Origin: Ramazzottius varieornatus
Lineage: Eukaryota; Animalia; Tardigrada
Assembly: GCA_001949185.1 (NCBI GenBank)
Contig: BDGG01000001.1
Coordinates: 921,153 to 985,152 of the forward strand
DNA length: 64,000 nucleotides
Direction of reading: 5' to 3'
Part shown: one piece after another, positions 39,261 through 51,938 of the stretch
How the letters are laid out: the number at the start of each line of letters is the position of its first letter
How positions within the stretch are numbered: position 1 is the first letter of the stretch
Program-made: the position numbers and the translations under genes
Notes under the pieces: generated by a model
Told to the model about the DNA's origin: nothing
The model's database searches: none
Seen by the model: only the letters and a program-made list of their open reading frames with translations

Positions 39261-40192
39261 TAGTGGTACAGCCAGTGGTGCGGTCGAGCCACCTAAAGTT
39301 ATGGTGACCTCATGCGTACAGGTGTGCGATCCAAAGCATTGCGCGCTGATTGGGCTGTGTTCTTCGACAAGAAGGAAGCCGTTTAAATTTTATCTTGACA
39401 GCTAAGTTCAGGATGAACGTAACTTGTCTGGTACTCTTGCACTGATATCAGAACGCTATGAGGAAAAAGAATAACATGAAAGGCAGACACACCGCCATGT
39501 CGCTCCAGAACAAATATAATATTGACTTTGTGGTCGATAGTCAGAACAAGGGTTTCGAAGTTGAAAGGGTTGTACTCAGAAAGTGTCAAAAAAGCGATTG
39601 AGATAAAACGAATGTCCGTGTACCGGTATCCCGGACATCGGTCGCAGCATTGGGTAAGTTTTATATCGAGAATATAAACGCTGATTATAATTTATTATGG
39701 CGACCCGGGTCGTTTGGTGGGTCCGGCTCCAATTGGGCCTCTGCGCAGGTGAACGTTTCATTTATTGGCGGCAAAAGCGGCAGCAGTCATGGCATCGCGG
39801 CACGCAGATAGAAGGAAGTAGGAAACGGTGGGGTTAGAGCCTCGGCGACCTAAGTTACAGGGTTGAGCTGGGCAGGTTTGCGAGGTCGAGGTCATCCAAG
39901 ACGGGAACAGGGTAAAGGGCAGTTTGGGTTGGGTTAACGCATTGGTTGGTAGGCTGAAAGGAATTAGTCGGAAAAGTTGTCCGAAGTGTCGGGAAGGATA
40001 CCTATGCGGATGTGTCTGGGGCTGAGTAGAGTTGGGTCCCAGTAGGCGAAAAGAGGAAAGGCAAAGCGGCACAGTTATCGACGACCCAGTCTGCTCAGGC
40101 GGGCGAATGGATAACCTGCTGATAAAATACAGAACAGGGTGCATACCGAACAGAACAAGCTCAACGATAACCTCTCTCAAGTCGGATCAGAA

Positions 40193-40513
40193 TCATGACT
40201 GTATTGTGAAATCAAGGTAAAACCCACCGTTATAAAACGCCGCCTTCTGACTCCATTTCCGTATGTCCTCCAAAGTAGGCTGCCGCAGCAAGTCGCTGTT
40301 GGCGCTAGGGTAGATAATCTCCTGGGAAATGGGCACAGCTAGTTGGTCGTTGCCGCTGGCTGGCTGCGTCATCGATGGATCCATCCGCCTTCCCAGCCTG
40401 GGAACAGCTTTGTCCGTCTTGGTGAAGAACTGGCCATTTACCTTCGATGTCATGATGACGACACCGAGCAGGATACAGAACGGAACCATCATTGCGGTCA
40501 ACCTTGACGCCAT
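40193..40513 (-). CDS. ETH: Ecdysis-triggering-hormone-like (PRXamide) neuropeptide precursor; predicted mature pQFFTKTDKAVPRLamide
   Basis: Hydrophobic signal peptide ending VNG, followed directly by QFFTKTDKAVPRL-G-RR (amidation plus dibasic site). This matches the FFxKxxKxVPRx-amide ETH pattern. Confidence 0.8.
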   Translation of the reverse strand: MASRLTAMMVPFCILLGVVIMTSKVNGQFFTKTDKAVPRLGRRMDPSMTQPASGNDQLAVPISQEIIYPSANSDLLRQPTLEDIRKWSQKAAFYNGGFYLDFTIQS

Positions 40514-41908
40514 TCCTGCACGTCGCGGAAAAGGTACAGGCTGATGGAAGTGCCGTCTGAGCTCAGGTCGAAAGTATGAAAAGTGCGCGAGGAGAAGAGA
40601 AAATAACGGCTAGAACGGAAGGCAGACAAGGAGCTGAAGGAAGGGATGAAGCTATATAACACTGACTCAGCGTTCAATGTGGCCAAACTCGGCGTTTATA
40701 TCCGGAAACTAAGAGCTGAAAACGGTAATGAGTTAACGTCGGGTGTTAAATGCGCCAGAACGCGTCGACGCACAACATGGCCACAATATTCCCTTTCATT
40801 CCATACAAAAAGTAACCTCGTTTGAGTCCTGACTGACGCAGTCGGGCAAAGAAGCAAATTGTTCCGCTAAGCTCTACTAGTGCTTCGCGATTAATAAAGC
40901 GTTTGAGCCACTTGCCGTCGAGTAATCAAGTTTTTGGCCGCGCTCGCTCCTTTCGGCCTCATTTAGCCTAAGACGGGATAATCCGCTCCGGTGGCTGTTG
41001 AAAGCGCAGCCTAATGGCTCAAGCTGCACTTTGCAGGGCTTTTGTGGCGAGCGAGAACTGAATCATGCACTGCGAGGGTGTGGCGCAACGTTCGGTTGAC
41101 GGGCTTGAGTTCTGCAGCGGGGAAATTCTTCCTACCTCGTTCACAAGACCGCATTGACCGTGGAGACTTTCAACTCTTGACATGTTCCACGAAATTAATT
41201 CCGGCTAGTAAAGCGTGTTTTGACCGTTCTCCCGCCCCACCGTTCCAGTCTGATTCCTCATGACATTATAGACAAAACCAGTAAAGCAATTACAGCTGTG
41301 ACGCACTGGCTGAGTACTGGACGAACCGGAACAATTAACTTAGGTTTTATTACATTAAGTTTGCCGGGTCTTCACTAGAGAATTATGTTTGAATTTATTG
41401 TGCACCAGTCGCTTCGTCAAATCGTGTACCACGCGACACTTCGTGCGTCAGACAGATCCAGATATAGGACCTGCTGGACCGAAACTTTGTCGTCTTCCTG
41501 GTAAAATAGGATTGCTGTTTACCCCTCATCGAGAACGACGAGGTGTGGCATGGATATATAAGCTACGACGCGATCCTGTAATGTCCTGAGTCCAGTATGG
41601 AACTTCGTTCCACGATGCAAGAGTTACACTTACAAGTCTACGGACGAACGAGAAAAATCAAAATGTAGACTGAGTAAATAAATGGTTCCTCTTTCACCGG
41701 TGCAAGGGCAACATGAAATCTAACCAATCTTATGGTACTTTTATGATCTCAGCAACTGCAACTGAAAGCTGACTACATCAAGTACGCGTAATGTGGCTAT
41801 CGATCGGGTTGGTGCAGCAAACCGCGTCAGGCTTCTGTTGCCAGTAGAAAAAGAAGCGTGGTGGTCTTTTCCGAAGGGTTAACGCAGTACGTAGGAAATG
41901 CTGTATCA

Positions 41909-42137
41909 TCAGGCCGAGCGAAGCGAGGCCCTGTTAAGTCTGTCGAGATATCAATGGACGATCAGATTATTCGAGCTTTCACATATCGCAAACTCTGTAC
42001 TGAAAACAAATGCGTAACTTGATCCGGGCAACAGAAATGTTTTACTCGCAACTGCAACGTAGCACAGTAGAAATGTGTGGCCTATAATCTTTTGCATCCT
42101 TTGCTCGGCCTTCCCAGTGGTCAGAACCACTAGCTAG
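41909..42137 (+). mobile_element. Non-autonomous Helitron-like element (229 bp)
   Basis: A|TC...CTAG|T termini, 3' hairpin AGTGGT-CAGA-ACCACT just before the CTAG, and subterminal inverted repeats AGGCCGAGCGAAG / CTTTGCTCGGCCT. Confidence 0.75.
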
Positions 42138-42796
42138 TAGTCAGTACTGGAGATCGAAACAAGAATTGGCCAATGGCCACCGTAGTACAGCTCAAAGGAA
42201 TATAACGCGAATGCTTTCGCTATAGTGGCACACAGACGTTTGCGAGCAGTGAGGTTATTAAGCTTGCAGTCACGGTGCGCATGCTGGTGGCTAGACTGCG
42301 GTCGGCTGGTTTCCGTAAGGCTCCCAGGGAGACGACCAGTGTGATGCCTCTTGTGGTTTCCATCGTCAAGAGTGGTTGAGGTTGGCTGACCACGAAGGAA
42401 AATTTTGCGTTATTGACGTCAGATGTCTCGTAGACCAATAAATCGTCGTAGTCCATCTCTGTACCAATGCAGAATTTGGTAGCAATGCAGTGGCTCGTTT
42501 ATTTTGTGGCTCAGTGACTGATACGCTGCTTCTGAAACGGTTTTCTACGTGACGAAGATGGCTGTCAGCCTTTCGACCATGTATCATTTAAGAGGACCAT
42601 ATTTTGACATCAGCATTACTGATAGTCATAATGGCGTGTCAAAACGGGCCATTTACTGCTAGATTGTGACGAAAAATTATAGGCACTCATTCACTACAAT
42701 CCGTGCAAAGCTACCACGTTAACGTTACGCATTTCCGGCATTCCAAAGATTGTTCCCGTATATCTGTGGTCTGTGTGGCGTATTTGGGAAACCCGA

Positions 42797-45700
42797 TCAC
42801 AGAGCCGTTCGATCTTCGTCATCGTTCAAGCTCACAATGTCGGTATCTTCAGCTGTCAGCTGCTCTGTCTCCGTGTCCACTGCCTCGCTCTTCGCCACAG
42901 CTGCCGCTGGTGGCCGTGGTGTGTTGGACGAGCGACTGTCCGATATTTGTCTCTTGACGATAGTCCCACCATTCTTCCCTCTGTTCTCCTTGACTCTTCT
43001 ATCCCCTTTCACCAGTCTGCTGGACTTATAGACAGGCGCTGGCGGGCTGACCACCGCTGCCTCCCTGGCGGGTATGGCGTCCAGCTTGGCCGCTGATTGG
43101 TACTTGGGTACAGCTGGCGAAATTACTACCGCCGGCTTTGGTGGCAGCGGCGGTTTCGACAGTGTGATGTTGACTGAAACTGGTGGACTATTCACCTCTT
43201 CGGTGTCGTCATCAGGTTTATCCATTGATGAACCACCTGATATGGTCTCGACATTCAGCCCGAAGCGGACCGTCTTCTCGGAATCCTTCTCGAACTCCAA
43301 TGGCTTCAGTACGGTATATGGATTGGATACCGCTCCTTTCAGTTCATTCATGAAGATTTCACCGGCCGAGATAGTCGGTTCAACAGTCTTTTTCGCTTCG
43401 GTGTCGGATGATCTCCAAACAGATGTACTCATTTCTGAATCACCCGCTTCGATATGGTCGCTGTTATCTTCCGTGGTGTTTCCGAAGGACAGCAATGTGG
43501 AATCGGGACGAGGTGGTGGTGGTGGTGGTGGTGGTGGTGGAGGGGGAGGAGGTGGTGCAGCTGTGACCGGGTAGTCCGGCTCTGGTTTCGCAGTTTCGAC
43601 TCGTTCAGGAACTTCCTCGACTTTTGCCACTTCGTCTTCTGATTGCATGAACGAGACAGCATTGTTGTCCGTTTCATCTTCCATGACAATGTTGGCATTG
43701 CCACGAGGCATTTCTTGACTGATGGGGATATTTGGCAGTTGATCGACGTCGGTCTGGTTACTGTCGCGGTCTGCCTCGAGGTTGTCCACCAGTTTGACGC
43801 GATCGGTATCCAAGACAGACTGATTACGAGCAAAGGATGGATTGCTGGATTGGGCTCTCGACTGACTCCTGCGAACAAAGACCGACCCGTGGTTACTGTC
43901 ACTTTTGAAGCTAGCAACAGTGTTGGGTGATTGGTTTGTCCGTAAAGCGAAATCCACGTTGCTGCCGTAAATTGTGCTCGGTACGTTCTTGGCGTAGGCT
44001 TCCGGGTAACGCAAGCTCTGCTCGTCGATTGCTTTCTGTCGGCGATATCGCTGGATCAACACTACGCACACGATCAAGGCAACACCAGCCAAGAACAACA
44101 GACAGCTGACGACGATCAGGAAAATTTCAGGGAGGCTTAGACCTTCTTTCGGAGTGAGCACTGGGTAAGACAAGGTCCTCAGGGCGATGACGTACGACGT
44201 ATCTAAACGAGACTGAACGGCAGAGTCTGCGCGAGTTTGACGGGCGTTTCGGGTGGAAAACGATAGGTCAAAGGGCGTGTTTGGCGGAAGAACATCCTTG
44301 ATTTCCAACTGGCTGCTTGATCCATTAAAGGAGAAGTACTTTTTCTGCTCATCAGTGAAATCATCGGCAAGATTGGCCATGATGTTGACTGTCGGAGGAA
44401 GTGTGGAAGTGGCTGGGGTTGTGCCCATCGAATCTGACTGACCAGTGCTCGTAAAGGGCGTCGTGCTTTGTACTGTAGGTTCTGCGAACGGTAAAAATAC
44501 GAAGTCAATGATGCACCCCGGGTCACCTACTATATTATGGGAATTTGCCTACCGGTATTTTCCGGAAGGTCGGAGTTGGTTATAGTCTTTGTAGAGGTTG
44601 ATTCGGTTCGATGGGTTGAGGGAGAAGAAATTTCCAAGGTGCTGGAGGTTGAATCGGTCGGGTCGGCTGAGGCTACAGTGCTCTCCGACGTGGGCGAAAT
44701 AGAAGGAGAGACGGATGGTATCGGTGACATCGATCCTGCACACGCCGTGACAATATAGTCACGTTTAGAACTATTATGTTACAGAGGCGGTTGGAGGTAG
44801 TAAAAAGGTCAGCAATTTGGCCCTTTTTCTACGAAGTTGCCCGTCAGGTCCGTGCTCGGCACAACCTTGACTGATTATTTATGAAAATTTTGTAGGAAAA
44901 GGGCCAAACTGCGACTGTTTTAATACCTCCAGCCGCCTCTGGTACGTCACCAACTTCACTAAATAATATGTCAGAACTTTGACTCATGACCGTCTTCATT
45001 ACCTTGAGTAGTAGACTGTGTACCCTGCTCCGTACTACGTGTAGGTGTGAAGCCTGACGAAGGACCACCGGTCGCTGGGCTGGCTGTATCACTCGTGCTT
45101 CCAGATGGTGGCGATGCTGGGGAAGTACGGTCGGTGTACGTTTCGGTCGCCGAAGTAATTTCAGACCAATTTGTTTCTTCGCTGTATGTATCTGTGCTTC
45201 CTGTGATAGATAATGACGAACTATTTGGAATTTCTGGTGTTTGTTTTGTGCTTCCTGTTGGTGACGTATCATCCGTGTTGCCTGTGGGCGTGCTACCGGT
45301 TCCTGTTTCGGCGGTGGAAGCCAAAGTCGAAGTCGAAGTAGCACCGAAATCGGCATCTGCAACGAACTCAAATACATACCGAAATGTCCTTATTTCGTCC
45401 AATATCGAAATTTCCACTAAAATCACCTGTGAAAACCAGCACGCTAACCGGAACAACGATTTCAGGTTGGAACCCTTGTCCATCCTCATTGTGGACGAAT
45501 ACCGTAGTTTGATACGGTACTTCTTGAGCAGGCAGTTGTTGTCCAAGCAAGAGTACTCCTGTTCTTTCGTCATCGACCACAAGAAAATCGTCTGCAACCG
45601 CGGCATAGTGCAGTTTGTAAGGGTAGCCGTGCAAAGGTCGAAGGACGCCAATGACGTTGCCGGCCGGCGTAGATGCTGGCAGCCGTATCTCTACCGACTG

Positions 45701-47794
45701 CCTAAAGCGAGGGCGTGGATGCCAGTTGACGAGGACAACAGTCATGGCTTCCTGACAGGAAACATCAATGCGGGATCGATACACTTCCCGGCTGTTGGCG
45801 TCATCGACCCACGAGGAGACGGTGACTGCAGTGCCGTTGACTACAGTGCTGCCTGGAAGGTCGTTATGGTCAAAGCGGCAGATACATCCGTCACAAGGAC
45901 CGCTCAGGTTGTCGATAGCGTTGAAGTGGAAACTTTCATTGGCAGGATTCAGCGAGCTTTCGAAGACTTGACTTTCGTACACCGTACTTACAAACCGCAA
46001 ACCGACACCGTTAGTCGTTATGGTCAGCTCTTTGGTCAGCAAAAGCCGCGCTCGGATACTTGTGTCGCGAATTTCAATGGATATCAACCGTCTCTCCGTC
46101 ACGGCTTTCCCCCATACTTTGATCAATGTGCCGTTTGGCAGAATGTCAAAAGCCCCATCTTCATGTCCTGAAAACACGAAGCACGTCAAAAAGAAATTCG
46201 TGCCATACACGGCTTTGACTGGAGTAAAGTTGAAATTTCACCTTTGGAAATGTTCATTCTGAATTCCGTTTCGACGTTTTGTTCCGTGCCATTCCACCAT
46301 ACGTTTACCTGTCCAACTGCCTCTTCAGCGTACGAGTATGTCTTGACACTAAGCAATGGCGGTTCGGTTGTGACGACGATCGGTACAGCTCGTCTGCTCG
46401 TCACAAGAATCTCCACCAAGGTCGTCGCAACCATGTCGAGGCTGCACCTGCCATCGTCTGTTGGTATTTCCGTCGCTCGTATCAGTAGCGAGTCTGTGTT
46501 CCTTGATAAGTCTTCCCCACTCCACTGTAGCGGCTCCTCTGGGTTACGCAAGCGCAACTGGCCTGTTGACTCATCGACCAGAAAGTTTGTCGAATCTTTG
46601 TCGAGAGTGTAGCGGATCGAACAGTTGATTCCCACATCTTGATCGACAGCATGCACTTGAGGTAACTTTCCATCCTGGTTAACGTCGTCTTCGTCCAGCT
46701 CGATCAGGCTTTCGTGCTCATCAAACCTGGGTGGTAGATTATTTTCATCCAGCACCGACAGGAAAATGTCGACGGTGGAGTTCATGCCGTCGAAATTGAA
46801 GGCAGTCAAGCTAAAGGTAAAATTACATCCGAAGGCTTGGCACGATTTGTAGGAGATACGTTTCACAAGACGGATGGCTGGGACAGTAAGTTCTTGGCTG
46901 GGCGGCATATTGGGATCGGCCCGAATGGATAGGTCCCAGTCAACCGTCAACAGGTCGGAGACGCCTCCGTCCACATTAAAAACGGTTATGGAAGAAATGT
47001 TCCAGTTCTGGCTGCCCCATTTATCCCACGGCTCGGCGACTGACAGGTTACTGAGCCATGGTAGATGGATTAGTGAGCCAGCGCCAGCAAACTCCGAGAT
47101 GGGGTCGAGTTGGTAGAAGGCAGTCGACCACTGCGGCGCAGCGTTTTGGTCGATAATGGCTACCGTCTCGGTGTTCAGCTTAATCTCCACTCCGGCCGAA
47201 CTTCCTGGGCATTGCACCCTGGGTAAAGGAGCGTATGTGCAGTTCTGGCGACGGTTCAGGTAATTTTTGACATCGCCTTGAAGAAAGATGAGACACGGTA
47301 CACCTTCAAGGTCGTCCAGCTCTATTTTGCGACAATCGCGAATGACCCCAGTTGGTGCTTTTACCACCGTCAAAGTGACGCTTTCTGGCTGGTCGGGGTT
47401 GCATTGGCTGGGTGGAAAGTTGGCCGGTGGGAGGGGGACAGGATAGAAATCGCCGCCTTGCAAGACCAGCGCAAACTGCAGCAACGAAAAGCTTGTCAGT
47501 TATTGCCGGTTAATATTGATGTATCATTATAGCTAGAAGTTACATGGCAAACATGCGCACCTCATTGACGTCGGGGTTGCAGCAAAAGGTTCCCCAAGGT
47601 CGGGGCTCTGCAACGAACTCTTCATCGGTGAAGAGGGCAGCCCCATCGATAGGCTCGACCCTTGCCAAGGGGCTGCCCGTTTGACCACCGACACACTGTA
47701 CAGATTGCCCGGAACACGGTAAGAACAGGCGGAAACATGATACGGAAACAAGCAAGAGCAATTGTATCATTTGTGTCGAGGTTCGAATATCCAT
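42797..47794 (-). CDS. Divergent cadherin-related membrane protein with a mucin-like S/T stalk and a proline-rich tail (about six exons)
   Basis: Signal peptide; cadherin motifs VLDENNLPPRF, AVDQDVGINCSIRY and IIDQNAAPQW; S/T-rich exons at ~44450-45360; TM IFLIVVSCLLFLAGVALIVCVVLI; poly-Pro at ~43510-43557; C-terminal TAL. Confidence 0.8.
44807..44916. repeat. Small intronic inverted repeat (MITE-like) in a cadherin intron
   Basis: TTTGGCCCTTTTTCTACGAAGTT ... AATTTTGTAGGAAAAGGGCCAAA. Confidence 0.65.
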
Positions 47795-48304
47795 CCTGTC
47801 CTTCAATGTGCTGATGACCAGATATTTTACATGGCAAAGGCCCATCAAACATGCGAATCTCGCGCAGTGTAACGCTGGGCTACGTTCCTCGATTGTGTGG
47901 CTAGCTAGCCAGCCATAAATCTGCAGTTAGATCAAAAGCAGCTTCCAGTTGGGCTGCAGATGTACGTTTACTAATCGTCTGCCGCTCTATGAAACGTTCA
48001 GCTCATAACTTGGTTGACAGCGCTCTTGTTTATGAAACTTTATAATGCGAAAACGCATACCCGCTGTTATCAACAAACCGGAGATAAAGCCGGGGGACAA
48101 ATGATGTTGGGACAAAATGTAATTACAGGCTCATTCACATGCTATCAATCAGAAAGGCGATAAGTTTCAGCGATATCCCTTACTGCAGCTGATAATACAA
48201 CGGATGATCGGTGCCGTTCAATCACCGAAGCCACTACACTATGCGCTACCGTTAACGGAAAGCTCGGTTTTAGGTCTGTCCAAGGCGGGTTTTGCGAAAC
48301 GGAT

Positions 48305-49486
48305 TCACCGAGCAGTCCTTCCGGATCCCTTGAGAACATTCTTCGGATGTTCGGCCAGGTTATGTGTACTCTCTTCCCTGTATTCCTTTTCCGAGACGCC
48401 AAACTGCTTTGAGAACCTCCTAATTTGCGCTGGTGTCAGCGAAGACCTTCGCACCGAAGATTTCCTCCTCGGCCTCTTCGGTACCGCCTTGACTGAGCCT
48501 CTTGGTTGTTGGGCCGTCTCATCCGCAGTGTCTACAGTCGCCTCATCCGTAGTAGCCAGTATCTCCGTCACTTCCCCACTGTCCTCTCCAGCCGTTATTT
48601 CTCCTGCTACCGATTCGCCTGTCACACCTTCCTCCTTCTTCACCTCGACACCTGACAATTGCTGGTTGACCCCGGCTAACGGATTGCCTTCGGGGGGCGC
48701 GAGCGGTACGGCGATGGACTTCCTGAAGTGGGCTATATCAGCGTTGGAACCCATTGTCTTACACAAATTGTAGGCACTGGTGTAGAGTTCCAAAGCTTGA
48801 GCATGAAAGACCAGTTCGACTTCGGCAAAGTTCATCAGGATTCGCCGTAAATCTTCATTCTTTTGGCCTTCGAACTTATCCGACTCGCGTTTGAGTAGTT
48901 CTTGTGCGCGTTTGGAGTCGTGGACAGCGGTCTGAACCTTTTCTTGCTTATGGTGTTTGAGGTTGATGTTGCCGATGAAGCGATTCTGGTTGCGAGCAAA
49001 GTCTTCGGCTTTCTTGTGCTCACGTTCACGGACTGCCATGGCTTTCTTAATGTGGTCCAGAAAGGAGTAGCAGATGTAACTGTACTTGGAGAAGCCAGCC
49101 ACCACCTTTGATTCCAGACGTCTGACTCGAGCTTCTTCCTGGCTTTGCATGGTGTACAACAACGAAGCAAAGTCATCGTAGCTTTGCTTAGACGTCGGAG
49201 ATGACTGCTGTTCTTCGGCATACTTTTTCAGGTCAGTGGATAGCACATCACCTCGATCTCGAGCTTGTGCGACGATGCGCGAGTATGTTGAAAACTGTAG
49301 ACAAAACGCGAAATTGATCCTTGACGACGGAAGTCGTCGTTTATTTCAAAACACAACAAACGTACTTACTAAATGGCAAAAGTTTCCGAAATTCTCCTGC
49401 GTTTTCTCAGCTCTGGCAAGTGATATCTTGGCCTGATATTCCAAGGACGTGGTTTCGAAAATGGGCGTTAGATATGATAAATCCAT
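48305..49486 (-). CDS. CIBAR1: CBY1-interacting BAR-domain protein (FAM92 family), two exons
   Basis: MDLSY...ENFGNFCHL|FSTYSRIVAQARDRGD, VRRLESKVV and KFEGQKNEDLRRILMNFAEVELVFHAQALELYTSAY match the FAM92 BAR domain. Confidence 0.82.
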
Positions 49487-49853
49487 CCTTTGACTCGAGT
49501 TCAGTTAGAAAACAACATGAATGCCTCTTTACAGCAAAATTTCTCGATCGGTAAGGAATCTACTCATCAGGAAAAACAGACGATAGTAAGGTGGAGAACA
49601 ATATTAATATTTATTGAGTGAGTTCGAACTGCTCCAGCGCACAAGTTACCTTTACCTGAGTTGTCGTTCAGCTCGAGTCAGCGTCCACGAGTACAGTACA
49701 GGCAGGTAGGCACACTCCGGATCAACTTGCGCATCGTTCACAAGATGTTGTGCGAGTACAAGAGCTACGCACTTGATCTGGTCACCATGACATTCGTCGA
49801 ACGAGCCCTATCAGTCTACAGTACGATCCAGAGCGGCAAAAGTCGATTTTCCA

Positions 49854-51005
49854 TCATTTTGACTTGATCATGCTCGAAAGATAAGTGTGATAAAATCTTT
49901 TGGGACATAAAACACGAACGGGTAGTTTGCCCGGAGGTACATTACGCTCAAAATGTTTAACAATAATAAACCACCAGAATCTGGAGAAATAACTGGACTC
50001 CTTGTCATCCATGAAACGGTGATGAGCCACCGCTGTGTGATAGATACAAAAGAGCCATGTCGTGATGACATAAGCTATGACAATATCCAGCGTGTAATGT
50101 GTTCTAGACAGAGTGATCAAAGCCACGCCTATGGTCGCCAGTATGTACATCAGCCACTTGGCGATGCGGCAGGCTACAATCTTTTGAGGTGTGTACTCGG
50201 CGAACAGCAGGCAGCAGAGGACCAAGGAGCAGGTGTGACCGCTGAAGATGAAATCTCCACAGTACGGCAAGTCGCCGTTGATGGACATGCCCAGTTTGGC
50301 GAAGAGCGAAAACGTCCGGTAGGCAATGAGGCTAAAGTTGGCGTGTTTCGAGCGGACAGCGCATTCGAATTTGGTGTTGGCTTGCGGCAGTAACGTGACG
50401 GCCATGGTCACTGCCCGCATCAGGTACAAAAGTCCGGTGAGGAAGAAGGCGCGTCGGAGGATGATTGAGCGATGTTGGTGGATGGCGATGACGAATAACG
50501 TTGGATAGGTTAACAGTAGCAAAATGTATTCGCACATTTCTTGTCCGCGATCAACTTGGGGGATGAAATGGAAGGTGATGTCGGGTAGGGGCGGAACAAG
50601 CGTAGGCTGAAAATCATGAATAACGGCCAGGGACAGGCAGGAACAGAGTATGCCGAATAAGAGGAACAGGAAGGCTTGGAAGGTCTTGAGGTATTCCGGT
50701 GGATAGTCAGCGTCGGGTGAGGCGGTGTCGACGTCATCGTGGGACTCGTAAATGTCCAGATGGGTGTCGGTGGCAGCCGAGCACGTTTGGCGGATGGTGG
50801 TACTGGGCGGAGGGTCAGCTTGCACGACGCTGATGGTCGTGCTGTCGGCCTTTTTTTTGGATATTTTTGTGTACGAGTAATCCATACTGGAAAGTGTCGG
50901 ACTGATCGGCAGTTTAAATTTCACATATTTAGACGGGTGTAGTACAATTGAGATTCGATCGACTGACTTTCTTAGCAACTCCGCCACGTCGTCCCCGTTT
51001 GGCAT
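49854..51005 (-). CDS. Sphingomyelin synthase family protein (intronless CDS, no SAM domain)
   Basis: PPLPD, RRAFF...LYLMRAVTM.VT.LP, CGDFIFSGHT and HYTLDIVIAY are the SMS D1-D4 motifs with the H-H-D catalytic triad. Confidence 0.9.
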   Translation of the reverse strand: MPNGDDVAELLRKSVDRISIVLHPSKYVKFKLPISPTLSSMDYSYTKISKKKADSTTISVVQADPPPSTTIRQTCSAATDTHLDIYESHDDVDTASPDADYPPEYLKTFQAFLFLLFGILCSCLSLAVIHDFQPTLVPPLPDITFHFIPQVDRGQEMCEYILLLLTYPTLFVIAIHQHRSIILRRAFFLTGLLYLMRAVTMAVTLLPQANTKFECAVRSKHANFSLIAYRTFSLFAKLGMSINGDLPYCGDFIFSGHTCSLVLCCLLFAEYTPQKIVACRIAKWLMYILATIGVALITLSRTHYTLDIVIAYVITTWLFCIYHTAVAHHRFMDDKESSYFSRFWWFIIVKHFERNVPPGKLPVRVLCPKRFYHTYLSSMIKSK

Positions 51006-51938
51006 CGCTGCACGCTGGAACCAGGTGAACCGCTATACCCAAGAAAACACATGAAGAAATTTCTATCGCCGATCAACTATCAATCGTATTTCCTTCCGGA
51101 CAAAAACGGACTGATTTTTAGTCCTGGTTAAACATGCGGTAAACTATACTGTGGAAATCACGCAAGAACACGGCTATCCCTCATGCTGGCCAGATGTCAC
51201 GGCAGAGGGCGCCACTGAAGGCACTGCCTCCAGTGACAATAAAACGACTTGCTTTGTCGGTTCCCATGGCCCGACCTTGAAGGAATTTTAACCTCAGTAG
51301 GAGCATTCATCGTTTCCACATGTGACAGAATGACAAGAATCGTATTGAGGTATTCAGCGTTCGTGTGTACCTTCAAGAACAGTTTATTAATCTTCGACCA
51401 GTCCGTAGCTCTGACCACTGCGAGATCAAACAGGTATTGTCGATACTCGATAACGAGTCTGAAATATCGGCCGCCTCCGATTTGGGCTTAGGATACTGAT
51501 TGGTCCGTGGTCGAGACTCCGAAAACAACAATTAGAGTTTACATAGGCTGTGACGGTAGCAATCTAAGTTTCGCTGGTTTCTGCTCTTGCCTGAAGGACA
51601 ACTCCATCTCGATCAAGCATGTATGTATGTTAATGATTACCTAGAGCAATATTAACGCCCCCGTGTGTCGGTACTATGTAACCTCGTAACATCGTCATCG
51701 CTTACATCTCCGTTCTTGAAGTTTACTTGCGGCAGAAAGTCAAAATCGATTTCACGGGGAATTCACGCTGAAATGTTCGGTGGTCACCATGAGTCGCATA
51801 GGTCCTATTTTAAAAGTCTTGGCTACATCTTGCCATTGAAAACATGTAAATTTCTTGTGTTCAGGACAAAGATTGGACTTTTCGAAATTCTAGAACATGA
51901 CATCTCATATCTTAAGACGGGCGGCGTTTACAGCACTA

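Noticed and set aside
40661-40700. TATA box, TCAGT initiator and EcRE-like GTTCAATG upstream of ETH
   Set aside because: The TATA-Inr spacing (~37 nt) is off consensus and the EcRE second half-site does not match.
45047-46171. 374-aa plus-strand ORF, and similar ORFs at 43074-43574, 48204-48773 and 10581-11066
   Set aside because: These are antisense shadows of real minus-strand coding exons.
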